A stretch of 64,000 nt of DNA from Tubiluchus corallicola (Eukaryota > Animalia > Priapulida), in the NCBI GenBank assembly GCA_030141605.1, contig JAQGDQ010000070.1:124001-188000 (forward strand), read 5' to 3'. Within the stretch, counting starts at the first letter, position 1. Each line of letters starts with the position of its first letter. The notes under the pieces were generated by a model. That model saw nothing but the letters and a program-made list of their open reading frames with translations, had not been told where the DNA came from and did not search any database. Shown piece after piece: positions 1 through 36,152 of this stretch. The translations under genes were made by a program, and so were the position numbers.

Positions 1-11
1 CCAAATCTTTC

Positions 12-2820
12 TTACACTGGAAGTAAAAGTATCACTACCGTTCTACATAGCAAGTTTTCACTGTTTGTAATTCTAGTATTCAGGCTGTAAATGCTTTTCC
101 TGAGAATAACATCAAAGTACACTAATTTATGCGTCACAGAAATGTCCCTAGTACTGTGATCGAACTGGTAATTGAAAAATTTGCGCATTGATTTATTATG
201 AGCAACCTTAAGTTTGTTCAGATTATAATTATGAAAGTGCTGCCAAGTGGCTATACAGTAGAAGCTATTACAATAAGTATTGAATAGATGTGTTTTTACA
301 GCATTGGTGCAATAGTAAAATTTACGGCATAGCTTATTTGCTCGAGAGTAATAAATGCCTACTTCTCGTATGATATCTAGATCGTCTCTGTTGTCCCTAG
401 AAATGATGTGGCCAAGATGTTTTTCATTATCACAACGCTCAATAACATTATCACAAGGCACAGATCAGGCTATCTTAACTGTTCCGAACTCAAAGTTGCT
501 GATATTGGAAGGCGTTATAGTCAGAAGCTTAGTTTTGTCAACATTAATTAAAATATCAAATTTTGCCGCATAATCAACATTTATATCACATAACTTCTTC
601 AGAGCAGTTGCCGTGGTACTTAACAGGCAGATATCGTCAGCGTATGTAAAATGATTGTAATACATATCTGCAATTTGACATCCAAGATTACTAGAAGCTA
701 GATTTTCACCAAGTTCTCTAAAGTAGAAGTTAAACAGAAGAGGGGACATCTTTTCTCCCTGCCGTACACAGTTGCCAACTTTAAAAAATCTCAGAGTTAT
801 AGTTACCTCATCTCACTAGCATGCCTTGATGGGTGTAATAAAAAACAAGTAAACGAACAACAACATTTGGCATCTCAGTTTCAATGAGTTTTAAAAACAG
901 TTTAAAATAATTAATTCTATCGAAGGCTTTGGAGGCGTCTAAAAACATTATATGTACAGTACTCTGGCGGTCTATATAACATTCTACTACTTCTTTTAAG
1001 ATCCTGTAATACGTAACTCAGTACCCATATTCTCCACATAACCAAACTAGTTGGGTGTGGCAGGTAAACAATCTGCATAACGAGTCAATACAACAATTTC
1101 TTAAAGTTTTCTGAAATTATTTCTGTCTGTTATATCTCTATTTTTGTCTTTAATAAGTCGCACAATTACTGATAACATTAGTGAGTTTTGTAAGAAACGA
1201 TGAGTGATACAAGAGTTATAAAACAATGCGAACAAAACTGGTAACACGTGAGAGGTATGTCTAAAATGCTCTGACTTTAGACTGTCTGGTCCAGCTTACC
1301 TATTTAATGCTAGCTTTTTAATGGCTTGCTGTACCTCAGCTCCCGTAAATTTGTTAATTTCATTGACGTTTCCAGGCAGTGCTTCGTGTAATTTATTGGC
1401 AAGATTGCTGTTATCAACAGCAATTGCGAGTTAAGGAGATTCTGATAATGATCACCCCACATGTCACAAATTGTCCTTTCGTCTGCTACGTGGCCAATTT
1501 TTGATGGAAAATGGCATTTTTGAATTAGTTTCTTTTTTGACCTGAGCCCAGAACTGATATGAGATGCAGTTTATAAGTCTATATGCAATTTTGTTCTTGG
1601 CGCTTACATTCGCGCAAAGCTTGTTTAAATTGTGCGCGTGCACGCACTTACTGGCTAAATGCCCAGAACGAGGTTTGCCATTCAAGTACCAGTAGCATTG
1701 GCGCAGAAACTTATGCTTATCAGCAACAAGCTCATTCCAGCCAGGAATTATTGTCTTTTTAGTTTTGTTGTTCTCAGGTTGTTTGCTGCCTGGAATAGTG
1801 CAATTTGCAGCATCCATACTAACTGAGTATCCATAATATATTGTCATAGTATTCTCTAAGCTGCAATTTATGATCGGTGTTGTGGCAGTTTATATCTTCG
1901 CGAAGAAGTGCGTGATACCGTACTGCAAGTTTAGACAACAAATCTTGCGTCATTAAAGTGTAATCGAACAGTTGGTTGCTGCTAGCTTTATCCCAATCTA
2001 CCTTATGCCGCGGTAAACTTTTAGTGGACTTAGAGGGCACAGCGCCATCGCAGACATCAGCAGAAGTAATGCAATTGCCATTACTAGGGGCGGATGTCAT
2101 TTTTCCACATTAATATTCATTAATATAGGCATATGATCAGAAGTAGTAAGATCATAATTTACACTAATGTTTCTAATTAATGTATCAGCAGTTTCGGTAT
2201 AGACTACGTGATTATGGGTTACACTAACAAATGTAAAGGTTGAGTTGGACAGCCTACTAATATCAGATATCACATAATTAATGACGCTACAAATATTATT
2301 TAATCCTGTAAAATTTTGCCTAGACGGGTGTGAATGAAAATCACCAATACAATGAATGTAACTAGAGATAGTGTCTTCTATAATGGAATTGAGGTTACCT
2401 AAACATTGTCTAAATTCATCTCTGTTATCATCGGATTCATAGGGGAAGTGCACTAAAATTGTTACAGGCATTAACTTATCTTGAAATATTAAAGATATAC
2501 CCATAATCTTATACTCATTATCATTAATAAGTATTTTCTAGTCCACGGGAAGATCCTTCCTCCACAAGATACCAAGTCCGCCTTGCAGCCTTCCCTAGGG
2601 CATTCCAGCAGATAGATCAGTAGGTGATACACCACGATCGTAGAAATCTTGGTGGAAATGTGACAGGTAATCCAATTCTTGTTTAGGTAGCATTGTCGCT
2701 TGAAGACAAATTACGTCACTAGTTTTACATAGTTCATGCAGAACGTACTGAGATTCTGGATGCACAACAGAGTTGCAGTTGGCAACTCGAATAGTTTATT
2801 CTATTGTTGGGTGGTTCATA
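12..2820 (-). mobile_element. Decayed non-LTR retrotransposon ORF2 (APE endonuclease + reverse transcriptase; RTE-X/L2-like, clade uncertain)
   Basis: Frameshifted fragments: endonuclease (IGDF, TSDHMP, 2097-2800), PGWNE linker, RT (SPLLFNFY...YADDICL, 465-749) and C-terminal KHLGHII...LFNTYCNSFYC. Confidence 0.88.
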
Positions 2821-2839
2821 CTGCAGCTTAAATTCTGTC

Positions 2840-2871
<32 letters not shown>

Positions 2872-2877
<6 letters not shown>

Positions 2878-3699
2878 TATTATTATTATAATTCTTTATT
2901 TAAAATTTAAAATTGAACGCATATACAAATATTTACATAAAATACATACAGGGACCCTCTATTTGCAGGGTATGGTTAAAAAAACTTTGTAAATAAAATA
3001 GCTGTTATATTCGCAAGACTTTTAAATACCAATAAATCAATACACCAATAAAAGAACAACTAAAATCAAATAGTACCAATTTACACAAATTAACACAAAA
3101 ACGACCTGTATAATATAAAAGTGACAGATATAATATAAAAGTTCAATATTTTATACTAAAGTTTGTAAAAACGAATCACAAACTAACTCAGAGAAAGCAA
3201 CTAGCAGGTTTTTGTCTCGAGAGGTATAAATTTTACTAATGTTTTGAAATTGTAGGCTATTTGCGAGCGCTAATCTTTTATTTTCGTCGACCAAAGTACA
3301 ATTAAAAAGCAAATGTTCAACTGTTTGTGCTTCCTCTGAGCATATACAGGCATTTTCGTGTATGTATCCAATTTTAAAAAGAAAATCTTTAAAGTTACCT
3401 TGTCCTAATAAAATACTACAAGATAGTTTTTCTGGCCTTCTGCTATTTTTATGAAAAGGAAGGTCTAGTGGAGTTAAAAATACATTTTCAGGAAGAATAG
3501 ATAACTCCTGGCATTGGTAGCGAGTACGGCATCTATTTTTCCATAGGTGTGTTATAAAATGCTCAATATCCTGTTTTTTGTACTCAAGGATATTCAGTGG
3601 TAGACTACCGTAATCAATAGTACGTGAATTATAATTTTTACATAATTTTAAATGTTGACCACTAGAAGCCAGTAATTCTCGAATGAAATGTCTATGACT
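2872..3699 (-). mobile_element. 5'-truncated 3' fragment of an I/Jockey-superfamily LINE with AATAAA and (TAA)n tail
   Basis: Minus-strand translation near 3300-3430 gives LLGQGNFKDFLFKIG...CICSEEAQTVEHLLFNC (CCHC knuckle), homologous to LLKQGNFKAFLFKIG at ~24860. Flanked on both sides by (GA)n. Confidence 0.75.
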
Positions 3700-3843
3700 G
3701 AGAGAGAGAGAGAGAGAGAGAGAGATTTGATTTAATGATTAGATTTAACTCTTTATTTCGAACTAGGTTCATAGAATACATAACACACAATACTTACAAT
3801 AATACACAGTGCTACTCTAATATAGTCTTAAAAATGTAATACT

Positions 3844-3921
<78 letters not shown>

Positions 3922-4190
3922 TGTAATTATAACAGTTACAATTACTACGAGTATAAAAACTGAGTGCAGTAAATTTTCAAGTTAGTACATTTTTGGCAAT
4001 GTCAAAAAATAAAGTCATTGAAATAATTATGACACAAGATTGTCTGTTGTTTGAATGAAGTGAGATTGGAAATAATTTGTAGATTGGATTAATTATGGCT
4101 TTATAATAACGTTACTTTATATCAGTTGATTTTACTTAATTGTCGTGCTTATATACAATAATTACAATTTAAAAATGATTAATTGTTTTG

Positions 4191-20414
<16,224 letters not shown>

Positions 20415-21002
20415 TATAGTTTTTTATGTATCGAATATATATCGGGACGATCACTCCAAAAACGGTGTATCTTCCAAAGTAACTATCACATTATTCAAAC
20501 AGTATTGAACAAACTTGCTTTTTCTCATTAGTTTTTACGTAATTGGCTATACACGTTATATGTGCACGAATTAACAACAGAGTTCCGCTTTGGACCTTTC
20601 TAGAGATGAGTTTACCTGTTCACCAGCGTATCAAGCTATTGTACCTGACGCGACTAGTATAAGGACATGCTTTGAGTGATTATGCGCTATGCCGTCTTGC
20701 ATCAATTGTTACCTTGGTGTTCTCACTTGTCTGCAAAGGTAAATTCTCAAGGAAGCGTGCAAATTCTCAGGATAGTCAGTGGAACACTAAAAATATATTT
20801 TCTCGTTGAAACTTTTCAGTTTATTTGTATATTTTCAAAGTACGGGTATATTATATAACAGTTAGTCCTGCCAGATTAGATTGTTTGATCTAGAGGTTGA
20901 TGTATCTCACAATCCTCTATTTATATTTATATATGCATTAATTTGCATATGTCATACTTCCTGCCTGAATCGTCACTCATAGTTTCTACATAATACTTTC
21001 CT

Positions 21003-21819
21003 CTATTGGTCTCTTATGTCTGAAGTGTAAAGTGCGTCACTGTTATTCAATGCCTTTATAAGAAGATTTGAGCTTTGCATTACTCTACTGTATAAACTGT
21101 ATGCAGTTTTCCTATGTATTACATCAAAGTATAAAACATCGTTGTCTACTGAAATGGTCCTGGAACTATAATCATATGGGTAGTTGAAAAGTTTGCGTTT
21201 TGAAGTATTGTGAGCTACTTTAAGTTTGCTGAGACGGTAGTTATAAAAATGTCGCCAGGTGGCCATACCATAGAAAGAATTACAATAAGAGTTGAACAGA
21301 TGAGTTCTGACATTAGGTGAACAATGATGAAATTTTCTAAGAATACGATTCGCTCTAGCACAAAAAGACCTTGTTATCTGATAATATCCATATCATAGTT
21401 ATTATCACTGGTGATAATATGGCCAAGATATTTTTCTGTTTCAAACGGTATAATTATTTTACCGGCAACATCAAGTGAACCGAAATTGAACCCACACATG
21501 CTGGGGTGGGGTGGGGGTAATTGTTATAAGCTTAGTCTTGTCGACATTTATTACTATGTCATGACTATTTGCGTATTTAACATACATATCAACGAAAGTT
21601 TGTAAAGCAGTGGTAGTGGATGCTAGTAAACATCCATCATCAGCAAACATAAGGTGATTTATATAAGTACCACCTATCTGACAACCTAGACCGGTAGATG
21701 TGAGGTCAGAACTCAAGTCTCTGAAATATAAATTAAATAGCATGGGTGACATTTTTGCACCCTGGCGAACACCATTTGCGACTTTAAATGTGCTAGAGCA
21801 AAAATTTCCCCACCTCACA
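21003..21819 (-). mobile_element. 3' half of RTE-X/L2-like LINE reverse transcriptase (same family as 12-2820), split by nested insertion
   Basis: VRWGN..STFKVANGVRQGAKMSPMLFNLY...FADD and KLKVAHN..RKLFNY motifs, near-parallel to the copy at 12-749. Confidence 0.88.
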
Positions 21820-24800
21820 CACTGCATTACGTATTGTCAGTTGTCACGTGATTAAAAGCCGTGTACCGGCATGTTCTTGAACAGCGATAGTTTAGGCTAT
21901 TCGTATTAAAACAATATTTTTTGTTTAGGATTTTATCAAGTTTTTGGAAATCGCTGTGTGCAATGATCGTTACGGTCACGTTATTTTCGTGTCTCACAAA
22001 ATTACAAATTTGTATGTTTCTCCTGCGTATGCTCAGTATAAACTGGTATTAGCAGAATTGTAAAGTTACCAAGAAAACAATAGTGCCATCTATAATCAAA
22101 TTAAAGCAATGCGTTATCAAGTTTTCTGTAAAAAACTAAATTTCTTTTGGTCACACATCGAGTTTTGGCGGGAAATTTGGCCGTCTCGGTTGACGTGCTG
22201 TGCGTAGAACTAGCAAAACAAAATCATTACAACTATTCCGGCTAATTAGCTAATGAACAGAAAAGTTTGGCACCTGGCCTTCCCCGGGTCGATATGCCAG
22301 ATACCAACGACGAGAGTTAGTCAAGTGCTGTGTTAAACACCAGAAATAGTTGCCAATTCTGCAGGAAATCTAATGGGCTAGTCAAGCAAGGAAAAGTAAT
22401 AGCAATTACCTGTGACAAATGCTATTCAAAACATTCAGACTCCAGTCACCCCCTGTCTACGCAAGCTCAAACTGAAAGCGATGTTGTTTTACCAAGAAAC
22501 TCTGTATCGCGTAGAAGGTGGGGCAGCGAAGCTGATTTAGCAAATGACGATTTACTGGGTTATTCTAGGGAGTCGTTAGCTTCAATAGCCTGCAGCATGT
22601 TAAACCATGAGAAAAGTAACAATAAGTTGATCGAAATTATTCGTCTGCTGAACAACAGCGAAGATGATCTTCCACGAGAGGAACTCATGATCAACAAAAT
22701 CACAAACATGGAAAACCAAATTACGAACATAAATCGAGAACTTGTAGCACTGGGGAGATCGCAAAATTGTTCATACAGGGACGCTTTATCACGCAACTTA
22801 GGTCAAGTTACAGCGAAAACCACGAGAAATACCAGCCAGCAAAGTGTGTCGTATTTGTACGACCCGATAGAACGATACTCATTGAGATTGTTGATGATAA
22901 AGACATCGCAAAAACTAGCAAGTCTATAAAGAAGAACCTTAGCCACTATTTCCCTAGAACTCGTTTTGAAGTAGCTTTCAGGACGGCAACTGGAAAAATC
23001 CAAGTGCAACTTCCGGACACCGAAACAGCAAACGACATTCTTCAGAAATGGCAGCCATGTTTTCTAGGTGATAATACGAATGCGAGAAAACCTAAGATGC
23101 AATTCTGGGGTCTAGTATGAGACTGTGATCCCAGCATCATGTCCAGCAATTTGATTACGATGCAGCTATAGACCGTTTCAAGTTCAAAAGTGGTAAAGCA
23201 ATTACTCTCGTAAAAGTGAAATTCAGTAGTGCGGACATGTTGAATGAAGCCAAAAGGAAAGGAATAGCCATCGGTTAACTAGTTTGTGGTGTGGAACAGT
23301 TTGTCACCAAGCCAAAACCGCTACGGTGCTTCAAGTGCCAAAATTTTGGTCACGTCTCATAATGGTGTAGCAGAACTGTGGCGTGCGGTATCTGCTCTGC
23401 ACAATACATCAGACTGTGATTCCAACGAAAAGAAGTGCTCCAATTGCAAATGGGACCACGAGGCCAGAAGCAAAACCTGCCCGAAGTACCAAGGCTAATT
23501 ACAAACCGTCTAAGAAAATTTATGCTCGAAAATGGCCTTATCGACAAAGAACAAGAAGGATTCATGCCTGATTGCGAGCTGTACGTAGTGCGTTTAATTT
23601 CCAGTATACAAGGAAATCAATTACAGAAAATCCCATCTCTGGCTATCTGTTGCGATTTTCAACGTGCGTTCGATAACATCTGGTTAGACGGTCTTGTTAT
23701 TCGGCTTCTTTCTGCTGGTATCCAGGGAAAGATGTTAGGGTTACTCAAATATTTGCTTTATAATAGAAAAGTATGTATTAAACTTGGAAGTTATACTTCA
23801 TGTGAATATGACGGTAAGATTGGGGTTCCCCAGGGTTCGGTTGTGTCACCTTTACTTTTCATTTTTTATGTGTCAGATATGTTTAAACAAATATTCACTC
23901 TGCCGAGGGTTGATTCTTTCAAATACGCTGATGACGGCACAATCCTTGCATTGGGTTCTACAGATACAGATGTAGTGAACTTAGGACAGCAGTGCTGTGA
24001 TAGGCTTCATATCTGGTGTAGAAAATGGAGATAGGTTATTAACTGCTCAGCAGGTAAAACTGAGGTTTTACCTTTTGGCATGGAAAACCAAAATGTCATT
24101 TTGAAAATTGGGAATCAAAGCATTAATTACTTGCACAGCAGTAAGGTGCTAAGTGTTGTTATAGACAAGCAGTTGTCTTTTGAGTTACAAATCAATAACG
24201 TCAGGAAAGAAGCATGATATAGATGGTTACAAATCAAACGAAAATGTACCCTCTACAAAGGTTTTAGTCTCTGTACTGTAATATTGCTCTTTAAAACCCT
24301 TATACTACTTATAACTTTGTATGGTGCTCCAGCTTGGATGGTGCGCAAACATAGCTTCTTTGATGATCTTATATATGATGTTATGAAAACTGGAACAGGC
24401 TGTAACTTCCACCCGTCTCGTGAAAAATTAGAGTTGATCTGTGGTCTGCCACCTCTCGACATAATCTTTAAAAGTGTAGCTGCAAAATTTATCCTGAAAG
24501 TACTATCTGCTTCAAATGATGATATTGTCAAATTACACTTGATTAATAGTCATGCAAATCCTCATCTTAACCATAATCACTTTTTACGTCAATTGCTAGC
24601 CTATACAGGCGAATTTTTAAAAATCAGTAAAGATATAAACTGGCGTAACATGGATATAGCATCTTTACCATCACCTACGTTTCAATACAAGAATAGTAAC
24701 ATTGACAATTATGTGTTGCATATGTGGACAGATAGATGTCGCCACAAGTACCAATGTACAAACACCAGTATTAACGCGATAAAAGTTTTTAATACGCCCA

Positions 24801-25523
24801 TGCAATTCCCTGTCTCTTTGGGCAGGAGAAAATTAGAAGTTTTAGCTTTCAGTTTATTACTCAAGCAGGGAAATTTTAAGGCATTTTTGTTCAAAATTGG
24901 GAGGCTCCTAATAGCACAGGTAACTGCTTATTAAGCCCTCAGTCTGGACATCATTTATTATTTGAATGTACATTAGTAAATCAAGCCAAAAGAAATGATT
25001 TTATTAGCACTCTGCCTACGTTAGATTCGGACTATGTTTTCTCTAGCCGGGATAATAATGCTATAAATGCTTTTGCAAATCTTATCTCGGATGAATTTCT
25101 ATCGTCTTTCGCCCGTATATAAACAGTATGTTAGTGATGAAATTTTACAACTCTCGTCGTGTTTTCTATATGCTGTTTGGTTTTATTTATGATTATGTGA
25201 ATTTACATTAGAACTGGTAATTATGTTTATTATAATTGTACTCGCTGTTTTTCATTGTGTATAATGTGTGTAAATTTTTGTTACCTAAGTATTAAAATAT
25301 GTTCGTTATCTTTTATTATGTATGTATGTATGCATTGTTGGATTATAATTTGTAACTATGTCTATTGTAAATGATCGTTGTCGTTCAATGTGATGGATTC
25401 TAAATTATATATATATATATATATATATAAGAATAGGTTTAATACGTTGTAAATGCTTTTAGAAATTTTAAACATATCCCCACAAATAGAGGGAATGTAT
25501 TCTGTACATAGTTTTTAAAAATA

Positions 25524-25555
<32 letters not shown>
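21820..25555 (+). mobile_element. I/Jockey-superfamily LINE with 5'UTR, gag-like ORF1 and RT; internally deleted and decayed
   Basis: ORF1 with Cys-rich N-terminus (22330) and zinc knuckles RCFKCQNFGH / CSNCKWDHEARSKTCP (~23320-23490). RT motifs DFQRAFD, GVPQGSVVSPLLF, YADD (23435-24034) and LPPLDI. (TAA)n tail ends at 25555. 5-bp TSD TCACA at 21815-21819 and 25556-25560. Confidence 0.9.
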
Positions 25556-25556
<1 letters not shown>

Positions 25557-26233
25557 CACAAACATAGTTTGTCGAGAGTAGTAAAAGGCTGATAATCTTA
25601 TAATAAAGTTAGGCATATCAGTATCGACCAGTTTTAGAAACATTTTGTAGTAGTTTACCTGGATAAAAGCCTTAGATGCATCTAAGAATAATATGTGTAC
25701 CGGACTCTGGCGTTGAATGTAATAGTCAATAACTTCTTTCATGGTATACAAACACATTTCGGTACCCAGTTCATCCACGTAACCAAACTGATTTGGTGTT
25801 GACTGAAATGAATTACCGTTTCTGCTTAAAAACAAAATTTCTAATAGTTTGCTCGACACTGTGGATAGTGCTATTGGCCTGTAATTGCTGGCTGTAATTA
25901 CCTTATTTTTGTCTTTCCCAATCAGGCAAAAAACAATGTCTGATACAAGCGCTATATAAAAACGATAATACTATTGGCAGCATATGCGAAGCATACCTAA
26001 AATGCTCCGATTTAACTGCCTCATTTCCAGTCGATTTGTGCAGAGATAGTTTTGAAATTGCTTCTTGCACTTCTCTCACAGTGAAAGAACTCACAGCACA
26101 CATATTACTACCTAACTAAGTCTAGTTTTGCCGCAAGGTCACCGTTATTTGCAGAATTTAAAATCTTTTATAGTGCTTCCCCCACATATCACATATAGCC
26201 TTATCGTCTGAAATATCGTCTATTTTAGGGGGT
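25556..26233 (-). mobile_element. 5' portion of the interrupted RTE-X/L2-like LINE RT
   Basis: EVQEAISKL, NQFGY...TEMCLY, LFLDASKAF, ending YYSRQTMFV, which continues as RWGN at 21814. Confidence 0.88.
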
Positions 26234-28276
26234 AGAGAGAGAGAGAGAGAGAGAGAGAGTTTGGAGATCAGATGTACCGGTCGCTCCCGCCCCGGGCGCT
26301 GTACACAGTTACAACTGGGTTCATCACAGTGTAGATCATAGCTAACCCTCTATTATCTATTCTGTGGTTCTCCAGTTCACAGCTGGCTGCACGATGCACC
26401 TTGTGAAGAAGCGAGCATCTACCCCAACTCTCCCCAATAAACTAAACCAAAATGTATATATGAGCAATCAACTTCTAAAACAGCAACTTGTGATGTAGCT
26501 TCTACTAAACATCTTGTGGTATGCTAGTTGCAAGGTGTAAGTTATTTGCCGCGTTGTTATCAAGTTGCTACGGAAGCTAGTCAAATGACATCTATCGGCA
26601 AAAATTCGCGCTAAACATTTGTTTAAAATTATTAGCAGTAGGACGAGAATTTTATTGTTTTATCCACTAAAATTTCAAGCATAATCTTGGAAATGTGTGT
26701 CAGTGCATAGCTGGATTTTCAAATGTTGAAAAAAATGGCAAAAAACAAAATACAATGAGAGTTTACAAGTCACTTTTAAGTCATTTTTTATTTCCTGAAG
26801 GTGACGGTTAGTGTGCATTGGAAACGTAGATTTCCTTAACAAAAATATAGTTAAATTTACTATAGCGCGTTGTTTGTGAAATGCTATTGTTCTTGTTGTA
26901 GATAAAAAGCGTTTTCCCTTTTCAAAAATTTTTCGGAACCGCCTGGATCTCGTTGCCTTCCCAAAAGTTTACACAAGTAGTACTGCTGTACGTATCATTT
27001 CTCTATTATCCAGCTTGATAGTAGCTATGTGGCCAAGAAAGCACTAGCCTTCTGAGGTTAATAGATAGCCTGGACCTAAACTCGCAGATAGATAGACAGA
27101 TCTCTCTCTCTCTCTCGAAACAAAAATGCTTGTCGTGCACTTGTATATATTGTTAAAGATTTGATTACTAAAAGACGTGTATAAATTAGATTGGAAACGC
27201 AGTTTTCATTATTTAATTACTGCTATTTGCATGAAGTTTGACTTATAAGCCACTATCTGTATGTAAATTGTTCAGTTTTGTTTCTTATTAATCATCCAAT
27301 CACATTGTAAATTTAGGTGTTTTTTTTTCAATTATGCTTTGTTTTATTTATTTACATTATTTTGTTCAAATCTTTGCGTTAACTTTGTAGTCGCAATTTT
27401 AAATACGTAAAGGGTATATTAGTTGAAATAGAGGGGATTTATTATTTTATTATTATTGTTTATAATAGTTCAAAATAAAGATTTATTTATTTTTTCTCTC
27501 TCTTTCTTTCTGTTTTTTCTTTCGCATTCTTTCCCCACCTTTGCTCTCTCTCTCATAACTAATTATATTAAACGCACAATAAAAACAAGCAAAGTAACAC
27601 ATACTAGCAGTAAATTTGCATATTGTGTATAAAAATCTGCTTATAGAAGTTTTTTATTTAGTAATAATGAATTGACAAATTGATAAATAAGTTATGTGAA
27701 ATATTTACATTGTGAAAATGGGCACTACAAATATTTAACAAATATTCTGAATTACTGTTAAAACATATTATAACATAACCAGCAGCAAAATCTTCTATGT
27801 ACATGATATTGTATTTATCTTTAAACGTAATAGACATATCTAAGATTAAAAAAATTAAAAAGCATATACAATATGATTTCTGATGGCGATTATTTTCTTA
27901 AATTTAGCTAATTCTTCTAGTTCTCCACAGCAGACAATAGACTCGAAAGGTACATCTGTAGCTCTAATATTGTAAATTATAACAGTACGGTGGTAGCGAT
28001 CAGTTTTCATGATGAAGTCACTCTGAAAAAATTAAAACATTCCGAAATTAGATGCCAACTAACCACATTGTTGTGATCGTGACTGTGACTGCTAGAATTT
28101 TTACAAACAATTTACAAAAACATAATTAATTAATGAAAATTAAGACAATAGGTGACTATTACTAATGAACTGATAGTTTGCATGACAATTGCAAAGGAGC
28201 CAGTTAAACGGTTATACCGAACATAATTTTTGGCTTCAGGCGTAAAATAAGTTGTTGTTTTTACACGTAGGTCTAC

Positions 28277-28481
<205 letters not shown>

Positions 28482-28819
28482 CGTTGAACAGAGTTTTCAA
28501 AACACTTTGTCATCGTCGTACTGTGGCTGACTATGACTGTTTGTGATAAGACAAGTTAGTAAAACACTATTAATTCGTTACGTCTATTACAATTTTATCT
28601 AAAAAACACACAACGAAAATATTCATTACACAAATGGAACATTCTTGCCATGCAAAGTTACTATTTTCTCGTAGATATAATATGTTCATGTAATAAATGC
28701 GAGCATTTTTATTACATTCTATAATTTTTTATGTTGCAAAACATTATTTCATTTTGTATAATATTTACTTTTACAGGGTCCTTATAAGAACACAGTTATT
28801 TTTTGTTGTTAAGAATACC

Positions 28820-34651
<5,832 letters not shown>

Positions 34652-36042
34652 TGCCGATTTTCAAGTTATCATAAACGTAGAACAGTTAATACGAAAAATT
34701 ATCTTCAGTGAAGTCCCGCCATGCGCCGACAGAAGTTCTTAAATTGTCAATTAATTAGAACCAATAATTCGAACAATCAACAATATTTATGATCTTAGCA
34801 GTCTATGTGTCAACACTAATGGCAATTTGCTGGGTAATGTGACAAGGAACCGTGACAAAAGTCATCTGACGCAGAGGCGTTGGGGAAGCAAACTAACATG
34901 TGAGTGAAGAACACGCCTCCAGCAACATCTCAACCAATCGAGCTGGGAGGACAGCCAGGTGTAAACAGATGTAACAGATAATCCGACAACGTTGACACCA
35001 TATTGATTAATTCCATTAAAAGCACTAAAAGTAACAAACCAGCGAATCATAAAGGCATAAATCAATTTAGCAAGAATTGATCCGCAACGTTAAAGAATCA
35101 CGCAAAATGATTCAATTGCTATTTCTTTTCGTTAATAAATGAGCAATGAGCACCTCCTAATGATGGTGCATAGCAGTTAAAGTAATTTTTGTGATTAATA
35201 TCTCAGTATACATTAATAACTAACTTAAAAATTAATAAATACATATGATGTTGTTCGTAGCTGAGACGTTTTCGACTCCAAGACCCTCTTTGGGGCTTTA
35301 ACTATTTTGTGAGGTAGTGAGTGATCTTTTTGTTTAATTGTCTGACGTCTTTTAGTTACTGAATTAATTTTTGTTCATTTTTGTGATTTCTCTTGCATAA
35401 CTCCAAACTGAGTCTAAAATTCTATCGTTTTCGGGGGTTAACACAAGTAATCTACATATTTTGTTGCTATTGTACTTGTGGTAAATGTTTGTTCGTCATT
35501 TTAAATGTTTAGAGGATAATTACAGGGTTGTTATTTGAAACAAAGCGCTATTTTTTAAGACGTGAAGCGTCAACAAAGCGAGTAACATTTGGAAACTAAC
35601 TTTCTGGACTATAGCGACATTTTATATTAGGAACTGCAAGTTATGTAACATGGCATGTGTTTCTGTTTGGTCTTAATGAATCTAATAATCTCACAATCAC
35701 AGGCAAACTGTCCATGAAATGGCATAGGTCTTCTGGCTTTAATCGTAAAAATAGGGCGATTATTTAGAGATTAGGTCTCTTGGTAGAAGTGTAACGCCTT
35801 GTATCAACCTTGCGAGTGTGTTGTTTTAAAAACAAAGCTTGTCTCCAAGCACATAAGCTCGTTTTGAATATCCGACATACGAACACGATGATACTTACTC
35901 ATATCATTATTTCATTTTTCCTAGACCTTACTAAACTAGTTTATATTTTATTTTTGAATTTCTAGTTGCACTTATAGATTAGCTTGCACCAGACGCATTT
36001 GCCAAGAACAGTGTAGGTTTTTTGTATGAACTAACACTGCTA

Positions 36043-36152
<110 letters not shown>

